Origin: Anaeramoeba ignava BMAN
Lineage: Eukaryota > Protista > Anaeramoebae
Reading direction: 5' to 3'
Assembly: GCA_028826165.1 (NCBI GenBank)
Contig: JAPDFW010000068.1
Coordinates: 186,001-250,000 of the forward strand
Length of the DNA stretch: 64,000 bases
Translations under genes and position numbers: made by a program
Notes under the pieces: model-generated
Database searches by the model: none
Seen by the model: the letters and a program-made list of their open reading frames with translations, nothing else
What the model was told of the DNA's origin: nothing
In this document: piece after piece, positions 24,958 through 36,646 of the stretch
How positions within the stretch are numbered: the stretch's first letter is position 1
Layout: each line of letters opens with the position of its first letter

Positions 24958-27900
24958 TTAATCTCTTTTAGTTTGTTTGATTTCAGGATCTGGAATGTAA
25001 ATTGATCTTGAATAAACGTATGGAGAGAATGGTTTTCTCTTTACGATTCTTCCATGTTTTGTATCAACATTAATTTTTGGATTTTTCCAATCAATTTTTC
25101 CATCAACAAATTGATGTTCACAAGCAATAACACCTCTTGAAATTGTCATAATTGGAACTCCAGTAATTTCCATTCCTTCAAACCTAATTTTTATTTTATT
25201 TTAATTTTGATTTTAATTTTTGATTTTAATTTTAATTTTAATTTTAATTTTTTTTTACATGTTGTATTCAATGTATGAATGATGTGTTTTTCCTGAAATA
25301 ACTCTAGTTGCTTTTGGATCCCAAATTGCAATATCTGCATCAGCTCCTTCACGAATAACTCCTTTTTGTGGGAAAACATTGAAAATCTTAGCTGCATTTG
25401 TACTAAATATTTTAATTAAATTTTTTAATTTAAGATTTTAATTTAATATTTTAATTAAATATTTTAATTTAATATTTTAATTAAATATTTTAATTTAATA
25501 TTTTAAGATAATTTACCTTGTAATAGCAACAAAATCACGACGAGAAATTTTTCCTGAATTAACACCAAGTTGCCACTAAATAAATATTAAATAAATAATA
25601 ATTATTAAATAAATATTAAATATTAATTAAATAAATATTAAATAAATATTAATTAAATAAATATTAAATAAATATTAAATAAATATTAAATATTAATTAA
25701 ATATTAAATAGATATTAAATATTAAATAAATATTAAATAAATATTAAATAAATATTAAATAAATATTAAATAAATATTTACAAGAACAGATGGTCTATCT
25801 TCAATTCCTCCACAACCATTAGGGATTTTTCTAAATTTAAAAAATAAAAAATTATATTCATTTCATAAATAAAATAATTAATACCTGAAATCATTGAATC
25901 CCATTCTCTTTTGTTTGTAATCAAAAACACAATGATCTGTTCCTGTTGTTGAAATAACTCCATTTTGAATGTGTTGCCATAAAGCTTTTTGATGTAATTT
26001 GGGTCTGAAAGGTGGACTCATAACATGTGCAGCAGCAACATCGAAATCCTTATCCCCTTTTATATAAAAAATTTAATTGAAAAATTTAATTGAAAAAAAA
26101 AAGGTGAAAAAAAAACTGTCAAATTTTTTACAATAAGCTGAATCATCTTTTGACAAATGAGTTGCAAGTGCTGTTAATTATTATTTTTGTTTAATATCAA
26201 AAATTTATTTTCATTTTCATTAGTTTTGTAATTAATTAATTAATTGATAATTATATTCTTTTTTTTTTAGAATATTTACATTCTCCAAAACAAACCTAAA
26301 TAAAAAAGAAAAAAAGTTTGGAAAATGAATTAATTAAAATTAAAAATAAAAAATAATTTAAATAAAATTTACTTGTCCATCTTGTTTAGCTCTTTAATTT
26401 ATAGAGAAAGAAAATTTAATAAGAAATTAATAAGAATTTAATAAAAAATAATAAGAATTTAATAAAAATTTACCTCATAATTGCATCACTTGCTTCTTTG
26501 CAACTAACATGAACAACATATAAAGGAGCTAAAAATCAAAAAATCAAAAATAAAAAATCAAAAATCAAAAAAAAAGTGGAATAAAAAATTTTCTTACCAT
26601 TTGCTAATCTAATAAATAATAAATAATAAATAATAAATAATAAATAATAAATAATAAATAATAAATAATAAATAATAAATAATAAATATTAAAATATAAA
26701 AATTAATTCACCTTGCAATCATTAATGCTCTATTAGTTGCCTAATTATTAAATTAAATTAAAATAAAATTAAAAAAAGTGGATTTAATTTGATTTGATTT
26801 GATTTAATTTCTTACTTCTCCTTCAAGATAAGATGGTCTAGAAAGTGCATGAGCTTCTGGTCCCATAATTCCACGTTCAACCATATTATTACATCCTTCA
26901 ACAACCAAATCTCCATTCTAAAAAAAAAAATCAAAAACAAGAAATTTGTTTGTAAAAATTTTTAGAGAATTTTTTTTTTGTAAATTTTTTTTACTTCTGC
27001 ATGAACTTGACAAAGAGCTCCTAATTCTGCACATCTTTTGAAACTTTGGAAGAGATAAGAATCTTCGAGTTGAAGAATTCCTTTCTAAATATTTTCCAAT
27101 TACAAAAAAAATAATAAAAGAAATTTTTGAATAAAAAAAAAATAATGAAAAATTTACATAAGCAAGAAAGTGTTTAAAAGAATTGATTCCATAATCTTTG
27201 ACGCAAATTTCTATTTTAAGATTATTTTTAAGTTTAAAAACAATTAAAAGAATAAATTTAAATTAAAAAATAATAATAAATTTTTACCAAGTTCTTTTCC
27301 AATTTGTTCATTATAAGCAACAACACACATATGATGAGAAACTATAAAATAAAACAAATTAAAATTAAAATCAAAATTAAAATTAAAATTATTATCAATA
27401 TTAATATTAAAATTACCATCGCAATGAATTCTATCTGTAGCCCATTCCATCCATGTTTTATAAGCATCAACTAAACTTGGATTTGATTTAGAAGGACAAA
27501 TAAAATCAATTAACTAATTATTTAAAAAAATTTTAATCAACATAAATTGAACTTTAATCCAAATTTCCTTTTTGTTTCTTTTTTAAATTAATTTAAATTA
27601 ATTTTTTTTTGTTTACCAATGTTGATCCCTAAAAATAAAAATAAATAAAAATAAAAATAAATTAAATTTAAATTTAAATTTAAAATTAGATTTAAAATTA
27701 AAAATTACTCCAATAATTGCCATCTTTGTTCCATTTGGATCTTTTTAAAAAAAAAAAAAAAGCAAAAAAAAAAAAATTAATCAAAAATTTTTCTTAAATT
27801 CGAAAATTGAGAAAAAGAAAAAAAATTTACAATCATCTTTTGCATAAGTTCTATTTATTTTGATTATTTAAAATAAAATTAGTAAAAAATTTATTATTAA

Positions 27901-28440
27901 ATAAATTATAATAAATAATATTTACCCTCCAAAAGGCTAAATTAAGAAAGAAGAATAAAGAAAAATAAAGAAGAATAAAAATTAATTTATTCTGTAATTT
28001 AAATTTATTTAAGAAAATTTATTACCATTTGCATGTGAGTATGAGGATCTAATTAAAAGAAAAAAAGAAATTTGATTGTTTAAAAAAGATTGAGAAAAAG
28101 TTTTAAAAATAATATTTTAAAGGATAACTTACCAATTCCACCTGGAAGTCTTTTATTTGGAATAGCCAATAAATAAAAAGAGAAAAAAAGAAAAAAAGCA
28201 AAAAAAATTTAATTAATTAAAATAAAAAGAGGAAGAATAAAGTAAAGCAAAAAAAAAAATTTTTTTTAAATTGGTTTTTTACAAATATTTTCCAGTACAA
28301 TCAATGACTTTAACATTTTCTTCAACTTTAATTTCTTTATCAACTTTGACAATTATTCCATTATCAATTAAAACATCAACATCAGGAATTTCTTCATCTG
28401 CATTAATAATAGTTCCTTTTTTCAATAAAATCTTAGACAT
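24958..28440 (-). CDS. DPYS: Dihydropyrimidinase / D-hydantoinase, 495 aa, 23 exons: 28440-28283, 28149-28133, 28048-28026, 27936-27926, 27850-27831, 27740-27709, 27628-27617, 27513-27417, 27341-27288, 27210-27158, 27084-26995, 26917-26816, 26740-26712, 26608-26598, 26528-26474, 26391-26373, 26295-26280, 26170-26132, 26056-25885, 25830-25782, 25575-25517, 25402-25259, 25183-24958
   Basis: Manual splicing at 22 GT-AG introns gives one 1488-nt stop-free frame with all amidohydrolase ligands: [15 protein letters not shown] (HxH), [13 protein letters not shown] (carbamylated Lys), QVHAENGD, LYVVHVS, GTDHC. Also [30 protein letters not shown] and [11 protein letters not shown]. Confidence 0.93.
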
Positions 28441-28747
28441 TTTTTTTTTATTGAAAAGAAAAAATGAAAATTAAAAAAATTGAAAAAATAATTTTTTAAA
28501 TGAGAAAAATTTCTAATTATTTTTAAATTTAAATTTTAAATTATTTTTTAAAAGGTAAAGTTAATTAAATTTAATTTATTTTTAGAAGAAAATTTAAATA
28601 ATCCAAAAAAAAAATAATTATTTTATTTTTTTAGTAATAAATTGAATAAAATTAATAATAATTAAAAATTTTTATTTATTTTTCCAAATCATTTTTTCAT
28701 TTTTTCATTTTTTCTTTTCAATTAAAATCAAATAAAAAAAAAATCAA

Positions 28748-29083
28748 ATGGAATTTCTTTCAAAAATATTTCAAACAAAAAATACAAAAATCAATACAAT
28801 TGTTACAAATAAATTATTAGTGACACCATTAGTTCGTTATTTAAGCACAAGTATTCAAGAAGAAATTAAAAAAGTGATTGATACAAAAATCAAACCAGGA
28901 ATTCAAATGGATGGAGGAGATGTTAAAATGGTTGGATTTGATGAAAAAACTGGAGTTTTAGAAATTCAACTTAGTGGTGCTTGTTCAACTTGTCCAATGA
29001 AGCAATTTACTCTTAAACAAGGAATTGAAAGAATTATGAAATATTATGTTCCTTCAGTTAAAAAAGTTAAAGAAGTTTTATAA
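28748..29083 (+). CDS. NFU1: NifU-C/NFU Fe-S cluster carrier with putative mitochondrion-related-organelle targeting peptide
   Basis: IKPGIQMDGGDV...LSGACSTCPMKQFTLKQGIER (CxxC). The N-terminal leader of about 34 aa is K/T/L-rich, nearly acid-free and ends RYLST. Confidence 0.9.
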   Translation: MEFLSKIFQTKNTKINTIVTNKLLVTPLVRYLSTSIQEEIKKVIDTKIKPGIQMDGGDVKMVGFDEKTGVLEIQLSGACSTCPMKQFTLKQGIERIMKYYVPSVKKVKEVL

Positions 29084-29219
29084 TTCCTTTCTTTTATTTT
29101 CTCCACTTTTTTCTTATTACAAACCAAACAAAAAGAAAATTGATTTTTTTTGAAAATTTCCAATTATTTCAAATTTAGGAAAGGATTAATAAATAAAACC
29201 ATTTAAAATTACATTTAGA

Positions 29220-31055
29220 AATTTAATAATAATTTTAATAATAATTTTAATAATAATTTTAATAATAATTTTAATAATAATTTTAATAATAATTTTAATA
29301 ATAATTTTAATAAATAATTTTATTAATAATTTTAATAATAATTTTAATAATAATTTTAATAAATAATTTTATTAATAATTTTTAATAATAATTTTAATAA
29401 TAAATTTAATAATAATTTTAATAATAATTTTAATAATAAATTTTAATAATAATTTTAATAATAATTTAATAATAAATTTAATAATAATTTAATAATAATT
29501 TTAATAATAATTTTAATAATAATTTTAATAATAATTTTAATAATAATTTTAATAATAATTTTAATAATAAATTTTAATAATAATTTTAATAATAAATTTT
29601 AATAATAATTTTAATAATAAATTTAATAATAATTTTAATAATAATTTTAATAATAATTTTAATAATAATTTTAATAATAATTTTAATAATAAATTTAATA
29701 ATAAATTTAATAATAATTTTAATAATAATTTTAATAATAATTTTAATAATAATTTTAATAATAATTTTAATAATAAATTTAATAATAAATTTAATAATAA
29801 TTTTTAATAATAATTTTAATAATAATTTTTAATAATAAATTTAATAATAAATTTAATAATAAATTTAATAATAATTTTTAATAATAATTTTAATAATAAT
29901 TTTAATAATAATTTTAATAATAATTTTAATAAATAATTTTATTAATAATTTTAATAATAATTTTAATAATAAATTTAATAATAATTTTAATAATAATTTT
30001 AATAATAAATTTTAATAATAATTTTAATAATAATTTTAATAATAATTTTAATAATAAATTTAATAATAATTTTTAATAATAATTTTAATAATAATTTTTA
30101 ATAATAATTTTAATAATAATTTTAATAATAATTTTAATAATAATTTTAATAAATAATTTTAATAATAATTTTAATAATAATTTTAATAATAAATTTAATA
30201 ATAATTTTAATAATAAATTTAATAATAAATTTAATAATAAATTTAATAATAATTTTAATAATAAAATTTAATAATAATTTTAATAATAAATTTAATAATA
30301 AATTTAATAATAATTTTTAATAATAATTTTAATAATAATTTTTAATAAATAATTTTATTAATAATTTTATTAATAATTTTAATAAATAATTTTAATAATA
30401 ATTTTTAATAATAATTTTAATAATAATTTTAATAATAAATTTAATAATAAAATTTAATAATAAATTTAATAATAAATTTAATAATAAATTTAATAATAAA
30501 TTTAATAATAAATTTAATAATAATTTTAATAATAAATTTAATAATAATTTTAATAATAAATTTAATAATAAATTTAATAATAATTTTAATAATAATTTTA
30601 ATAATAATTTTAATAATAATTTTAATAATAAATTTAATAATAAATTTAATAATAAATTTAATAATAATTTTAATAATAATTTTAATAATAAATTTATAAA
30701 TAATTTTAATAATAAATTTAATAATAATTTTAATAATAATTTTAATAATAATTTTAATAATAAATTTAATAATAAATTTAATAATAAATTTAATAATAAT
30801 TTTAATAATAAATTTAATAATAAATTTAATAATAATTTTAATAATAAATTTAATAATAAATTTAATAATAAATTAATAATAATTTTAATAATAATTTTAA
30901 TAATAAATTTAATAATAAATTTAATAATAAATTTATCAAAAATTTAATAATAATTTTAATAATAATTTTAATAATAATTTTAATAATAAATTTTAATAAT
31001 AAATTTAATCATAATTTTAATAATAATTTTAATAATAATTTTAATAATAAATTTA
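29220..31055. repeat. (AATAATAATTTT/AATAATAAATTT)n 12-mer satellite, about 1.8 kb, essentially pure A/T
   Basis: Directly visible. Confidence 0.97.
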
Positions 31056-31123
31056 TCAAAAATTTTTCACTTTTTCATTTTTTTCAATTTTTTCATTTTT
31101 TTCATTTCATTTTCTCTTTTTTA

Positions 31124-32540
31124 ATGGAAACAACAAAATATTTTCTAATAACAAATGATCAATTCAATCCAATATATCGAGATTTACCAGAAAATACTTC
31201 AATAGAATCATTTATATTTTCATTAAATTTTTTCACTGAAATTTTACATGAAAACGCATCAATAATAAAATTTGGGGATTTCAAAGTAGTAATAATAACA
31301 TCACAAGATTTAATCTTCCTTGTGATGAGCAAAGGAAATGAATCAGATGCATCACTTAGGAAACAGCTAACAATAGTGCAGAATTTATTTGATCTAGCTT
31401 TTGGAAAGCAATTTCTTGTAAATGTTTCATTAAATAGAAGTAGAATTCCAATTCAAGCTCAACCGAAAATGAGAGTTCTAATTGATGCCTTAATAAACCT
31501 CAGTAACAACCATCAGCATTTCTTGGTTCATGCGGTTCACAAGATCGAAAAGCAAAATTTGGCAGAAACTATTAAGGAAAAACTACTTCCAATAATTCAA
31601 GAAAATGAATCAATTATTCAAATACTTTTTTTTGTGGATACAAAATTATTGATTCAATTGAATTCAAATCACAAACCAAGAATCAAAATTTCATCAGAAG
31701 ATATTTTCCTCTTGCTGATTTATATCCATGCTGTTCTTGACTATGAACAGCTTACATCGTCAGAAAAATTCGATGATGTTCCTTTGGAAACAAGTGAAAA
31801 TGAAAGTGTTGATTTTTCAAATGAAATCCCAATAAATGATTGTGATGAAGAATTATACTTTCGGCTACCAAATCATCAGCCGTTAAGAGTGTATTCGGCA
31901 AAAACAACAAGTAACACGAAGTTAGTGTTAATATTGAGACAAAATAGTTCGCTAAGCACTGAAAATCTGCGCGAAATTGCGCATCGTTTTAGATATTCAG
32001 TTCGTCATCATGTTGAATGCTTGTCAATTCCTTCATTCACTATTCTTCCTTATGTCTCAAAATATCCAGGAATTATCCACTTTATTTTTGTGGATCGCAA
32101 CAGAAATAGAGTTATTGCACCTGATTTTACTTCTCTTCATGAAGTTTATAAAATAGAAACTCCAAATATTGAAAATATGTCAAAAAATTATATCAAATCA
32201 AAAGTTTGGGATCTTTCTTCTCATGCTCAAACCTTTCTTGAAAAAGGTTTTCATTCAATGATGATGAGAGTTGGTCCCTTTTTACTGCTATAGAATGTGG
32301 TTTGAAAACAAAGAAGGTGAAAAACTTCTTATCAATGAAAAACTACCAAGTCTTGAAAATTTAAGTCAAGAAAATAGTTTTCATATTCAAACGATCCAAA
32401 AATTATTTCGTTCAAAAAAGGTTTATTGTTATGAGATTTATACTTTATATTCTGCTGCTTTATCTTCAGAAACTGCCGCAAATTTCAATAACTGTTTAAT
32501 TTCTGATTTATTTTCTTATTTTATGGATTCAAAAAATTAG
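31124..32540 (+). CDS. HPS1: HPS1-like (BLOC-3 subunit, longin/Mon1 family); one frameshift in a T-run at about 32279-32283
   Basis: N-terminal longin-like domain; YPGIIHFIFVDRNRNRVIAP, then (other frame) FYCYRMWFEN...VYCYEIYTLY, resembling HPS1 C-terminal motifs. Confidence 0.72.
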
Positions 32541-32596
32541 TTCAATAAAAATTTTTTTCATTTTTTTCATTTTTTTCTTTTTTTTCTTTTTTGAAA

Positions 32597-34457
32597 ATGT
32601 CAAAATTTTATGCTGTTCGTGTTGGAAGACAAACTGGTATTTTTTTTTCTTGGTTAGATTGTGAAAAACAAGTTAAAGGTTTTCCAAAAGCTGTTTATAA
32701 ATCATTTAAAACTTTATCAGAAGCTGAAAATTTTCTTTCAAATAATCCAAATTTATCAACAAATCAAAATATAAATTCAATTCAAAATTTATCAACAAAT
32801 CAAAATATAAATTCAATTCAAAATTTATCAACAAATCAAAATTTAAATTCAATCCAAAATTTATCAACAAATCAAAATATAAATTCAATTCAAAATTTAT
32901 CAAGAAATCAAAATTTAAATTCAATTCAAAATATAAATTCAAAATTTTATGCTGTTCGTGTTGGAAGACAAACTGGTATTTTTTTTTCTTGGTTAGACTG
33001 TGAAAAACAAGTTAAAGGTTTTCCAAAAGCTGTTTATAAATCATTTAAAACTTTATCAGAAGCTGAAAATTTTCTTTCAAATAATCCAAATTTATCAAAA
33101 AATCAAAATATAAATTCAATTCAAAATTTATCAACAACCCAAAATATAAAATCAATTCCAAATTTAAATTCAATTCAAAATATAAATTCAAATCAAAATA
33201 TAAAATCAATTCCAAATATAAATTCAATTCAAAATATATCAACAAATCAAAATATAAATTCAATTCCAAATATAAATTCAATTCCAAATAATATTCAAAA
33301 TATAAATTCAATCCAAAATTTAAAATCAATTCAAAATTTATCAACAAATCCAAATAATATTCAAAATATAAATTCAATTCAAAATATAAAATCAATTCAA
33401 AATAAAAATTATCAGCCAAACATTTCTATTTCAAAAATTCAAAATATAAAATCAATTCCAAATATATCAACAAATCAAAATTTATCAACAAATCAAAATA
33501 TAAATTCAAATCCAAATAATATTCAAAATATAAATTCAATTCCAAATAATATTCAAAATATAAATTCAATTCAAAATTTAAAATCAATTCAAAATATAAA
33601 ATCAATTCCAAATTTATCAACAAATCAAAATATAAATTCAAATCCAAATAATATTCAAAATATAAATTCAATTCCAAATAATATTCAAAATTTAAATTCA
33701 ATTCAAAATTTAAAATCAATTCAAAATTTATCAAGAAATCAAAATAATATTCAAAATATAAATTCAATTCCAAATAATATTCAAAATATAAATTCAATTC
33801 AAAATATAAAATCAATTCAAAATTTATCCAAAATAAGACCTGAAAAAAAAAGAAAAGAAAATGAATTCCTTGAAGTATTTACAGATGGAGCTTGTCAAGC
33901 AAATGGAACAAAAAGAGCAAAAGGAGGAATAGGAATTTTTTGGAAAGAAACTCAAGGCAAGTTATTTATTTTCAAACAAAACAAAAATATAATAACTTAA
34001 AATTGAAATAAAATTAATATTAATAGGTCTTAATTTGGAAAATGTTTCAAAACCACTTGAAAGTAAAAAAAAATTTATTTTTGAAAATTAAAAAAAAATT
34101 AAATTCAAAATGAAAAAAATAGAAAAACAAACAAATAATTCGGCAGAACTTACTGCAATTTTAGAAGCAATTAAAATGTGTCCAAAAAATAAAAATCTTA
34201 ATATCTTTTCAGATTCTCAATATTCAATTAATTGTATTACAAAATGGAGTAAAAAATGGAAGAAAAATAGATGGAAAACTACAAAAGGAAACAAAGTTGA
34301 AAACAAAGAATTAATTCAAGAAATTTTAAATGAAATATCAAAACATTCTGGAAAAATTAAATTTACTTATGTTGAAGGTCACAATAATGATTTTGGAAAT
34401 GAAATGGCAGATTTTTTAGCAAAAAAAGGTGCTTTTGAAAATAGAAAAGAAAAATAG
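32597..34457 (+). CDS. RNASEH1: Ribonuclease H1 with two hybrid-binding domains and a long N/I/Q/S linker; exons 32597-33956, 34027-34062, 34123-34457
   Basis: Two KFYAVRVGRQTGIFFSW...YKSF domains; catalytic motifs VFTDGAC, QTNNSAEL, FSDSQY, VEGH, GNEMADFLAKKGA. Intron 33957-34026 is GC-AG and intron 34063-34122 is GT-AG. Confidence 0.92.
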
Positions 34458-34559
34458 AAAAATAATTTTTTTTGTTCCACTTTTTTTTTTAATAAAAATA
34501 GAAAAATAATATTTTTTTTTTGTTTGTTTGTTTGTTTGTTTGATTTTGTTTTTTTTTTA

Positions 34560-36570
34560 TTAAAATCCCCAAAATTTTATTGTTCCATCTTCACTATAAG
34601 TAACTAATAATGATTTTTGTGGATGATGAACAATTCCAACAACTTCTTTTTCATGACCAATAAATTGATGTTCCAAATTATTTGTAATTAAACTAAAACA
34701 AAAAATAGTTCCCGATTCATCAACAGCATAAATCCAAGTTCCTTTAGCAGAAACACAAGCGGCAACAAAATCTTTTGGTTGATTAGTCTTTATAGTTGGA
34801 GATGAAAAAATTTGTGAAATGGATCCACTTTGATCAATAATGAACAAATGAGGAGAACGATTACAAACAAGAATTTTGCCTTTTTTTTCAGGAATAAATT
34901 GAATTGAATAAAGAGTTGCATCATCTTTTGCTTGTAATTCCAACGTATTAAGATCCATTCCTTTTATCTTCTCTTGATCAACTTGTGCCAATTTTGGAAG
35001 ATGGAAAATTGACAAACATTGTTCTGATTTGATGTCCCAAATCCTAATTGATCCATCACTTGATCCACTGAGCAAAATTGTTCCACTTTTTGGAATAAGA
35101 ATTGAATTTACAAACGATTGATGTCCTCGAAATTCTTTTAGTTTGTTTCCTGATCTTAATCCATGAGAACGAATTAAAGAATCAAAAGACCCACTCATAA
35201 TCTCTAATTTTTCTGATAAAATTTCAAGACAAGTTATTCCTTGTGAATGAGCAGTTGGAATTTTTTTTAACAATTTTCCAGTTTCTATTGACCAAATCTA
35301 AAAAAGAAAAAAAGCAAAATTTAAAAAAAAGCAAAATTTAAAAAAAAAAGCAAATAAAAGTTTCAAATTCAAAATTTTTTACTTTTATTTCCCCATTTTG
35401 TGATCCTGATGCTAATAATTTACTATTATTACTAAATGCTAAACTTAATATTGCTGAATCATGTTTCATTAATCCATTTTCTTGAAATGCTAAATCGGGA
35501 TGAATCTTGGCAATTTCAGGATCCCAAATCTCAATAAAACCTTGAATAGATCCAGTTGCAAAATATTTCCCGTTTGGAGAAAATAAAGCTTTTTCAGGAT
35601 AAGAATTTTGGAACTAAAAAAAATAAATAAATCAATCAAATCAATTTAAATGGAATAAAAATTAAATAAAAATCTTATTATTTACTTTGATAGAATCAAT
35701 AAATTTATCAGTACATTTTTCAACTTCTTCTGATAATCCAAAACTTTTCCTTGTTTGTGTTGTTGTTTTTCCATGAAAAAGATCAAAAGGTCCTTCAATT
35801 TGACTTAATTGATAATGCTCATGTTGAAATTTCATTGATTGTTCAAGTAAAACAAGTAATCGAGAAGGTTGACCTTCTGTTAAATAAGAAGAAACTCCTA
35901 AAAAAAAAATTGAATTATTTTTAAAAAAGAAAAAAAAAAGTGGAACAAAAAAAGTGGAACAAAAAAAAATTTTTTTTTTGGATAAGAATAAAATGGAAAT
36001 TAATAAATAAATACTATGAGAAAGTGTTGCTCTTCTTTTCTCACGAGTGATTCCTTCAGGATAAAACGATTGAAGTGAGAAATTTGGTTCATTAATAATC
36101 TGTTTCAATTTAACAAATCTTTCTGGCGAATTTTCATACATAATTTTCATTGGTTTTGTTGATGAAAGAATACTATTTGCCAATTCAAGTTCTTGAAGTT
36201 CAGCAAGTTCTAAAACAATTTGTTCGTTAAGATCAAATAGTAAATCGGTTGGTAAAGTTAATCCACTTAACATTTTAAGTACATCATCCCATTTTCCTTC
36301 TTGAATTGATAATGTGATTTTATCAACGGAATTCACTATATTTAAATATACTCCTGTTTCTTCTTGAATTGCTTGAAATGATTTAGGAAGATTATTCTCT
36401 TTCATAAATTGAAGAATCAATTTAATAACACTTTAATTTTTAATTTTTAATTTTAATTTTTAATTTTAATTTTAATTTTAATTTTTAATTTTGATTTTAA
36501 TTTTAATTTTAATTTTAATTTTTAATTTTGATTTCAATATTAATTTTTACTCTCCAGAATCTATTTCCAT
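34560..36570 (-). CDS. SMU1: WD40 spliceosomal factor SMU1; exons 36570-36551, 36430-36015, 35897-35686, 35613-35383, 35297-34560
   Basis: MEIDSGDVIKLILQFMKENNL (LisH), IQEGKWDDVL, PSRLLVLL, FSPNGKYFATGS, HGLRSGNKLKEFRGHQSFVN, HEKEVVGIVHHP. Four in-frame GT-AG introns. Confidence 0.93.
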
Positions 36571-36646
36571 TAAATTAAAAAAAATGAAAAAAATGAAAAA
36601 AATGAAAAATGAAAATTTCATTTTTTTTCTTTTCAAAAAATAAATT

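Noticed and set aside
20535-33840. Inteins in the long insertions of PP2C or RNase H1
   Set aside because: The insertions are low-complexity repeats with no C/S...HN splice motifs or homing-endonuclease signature.
32597-34457. RNase H as part of an LTR retrotransposon or caulimovirus
   Set aside because: It has cellular RNase H1 architecture with spliceosomal introns; no RT, integrase, gag or LTRs nearby.
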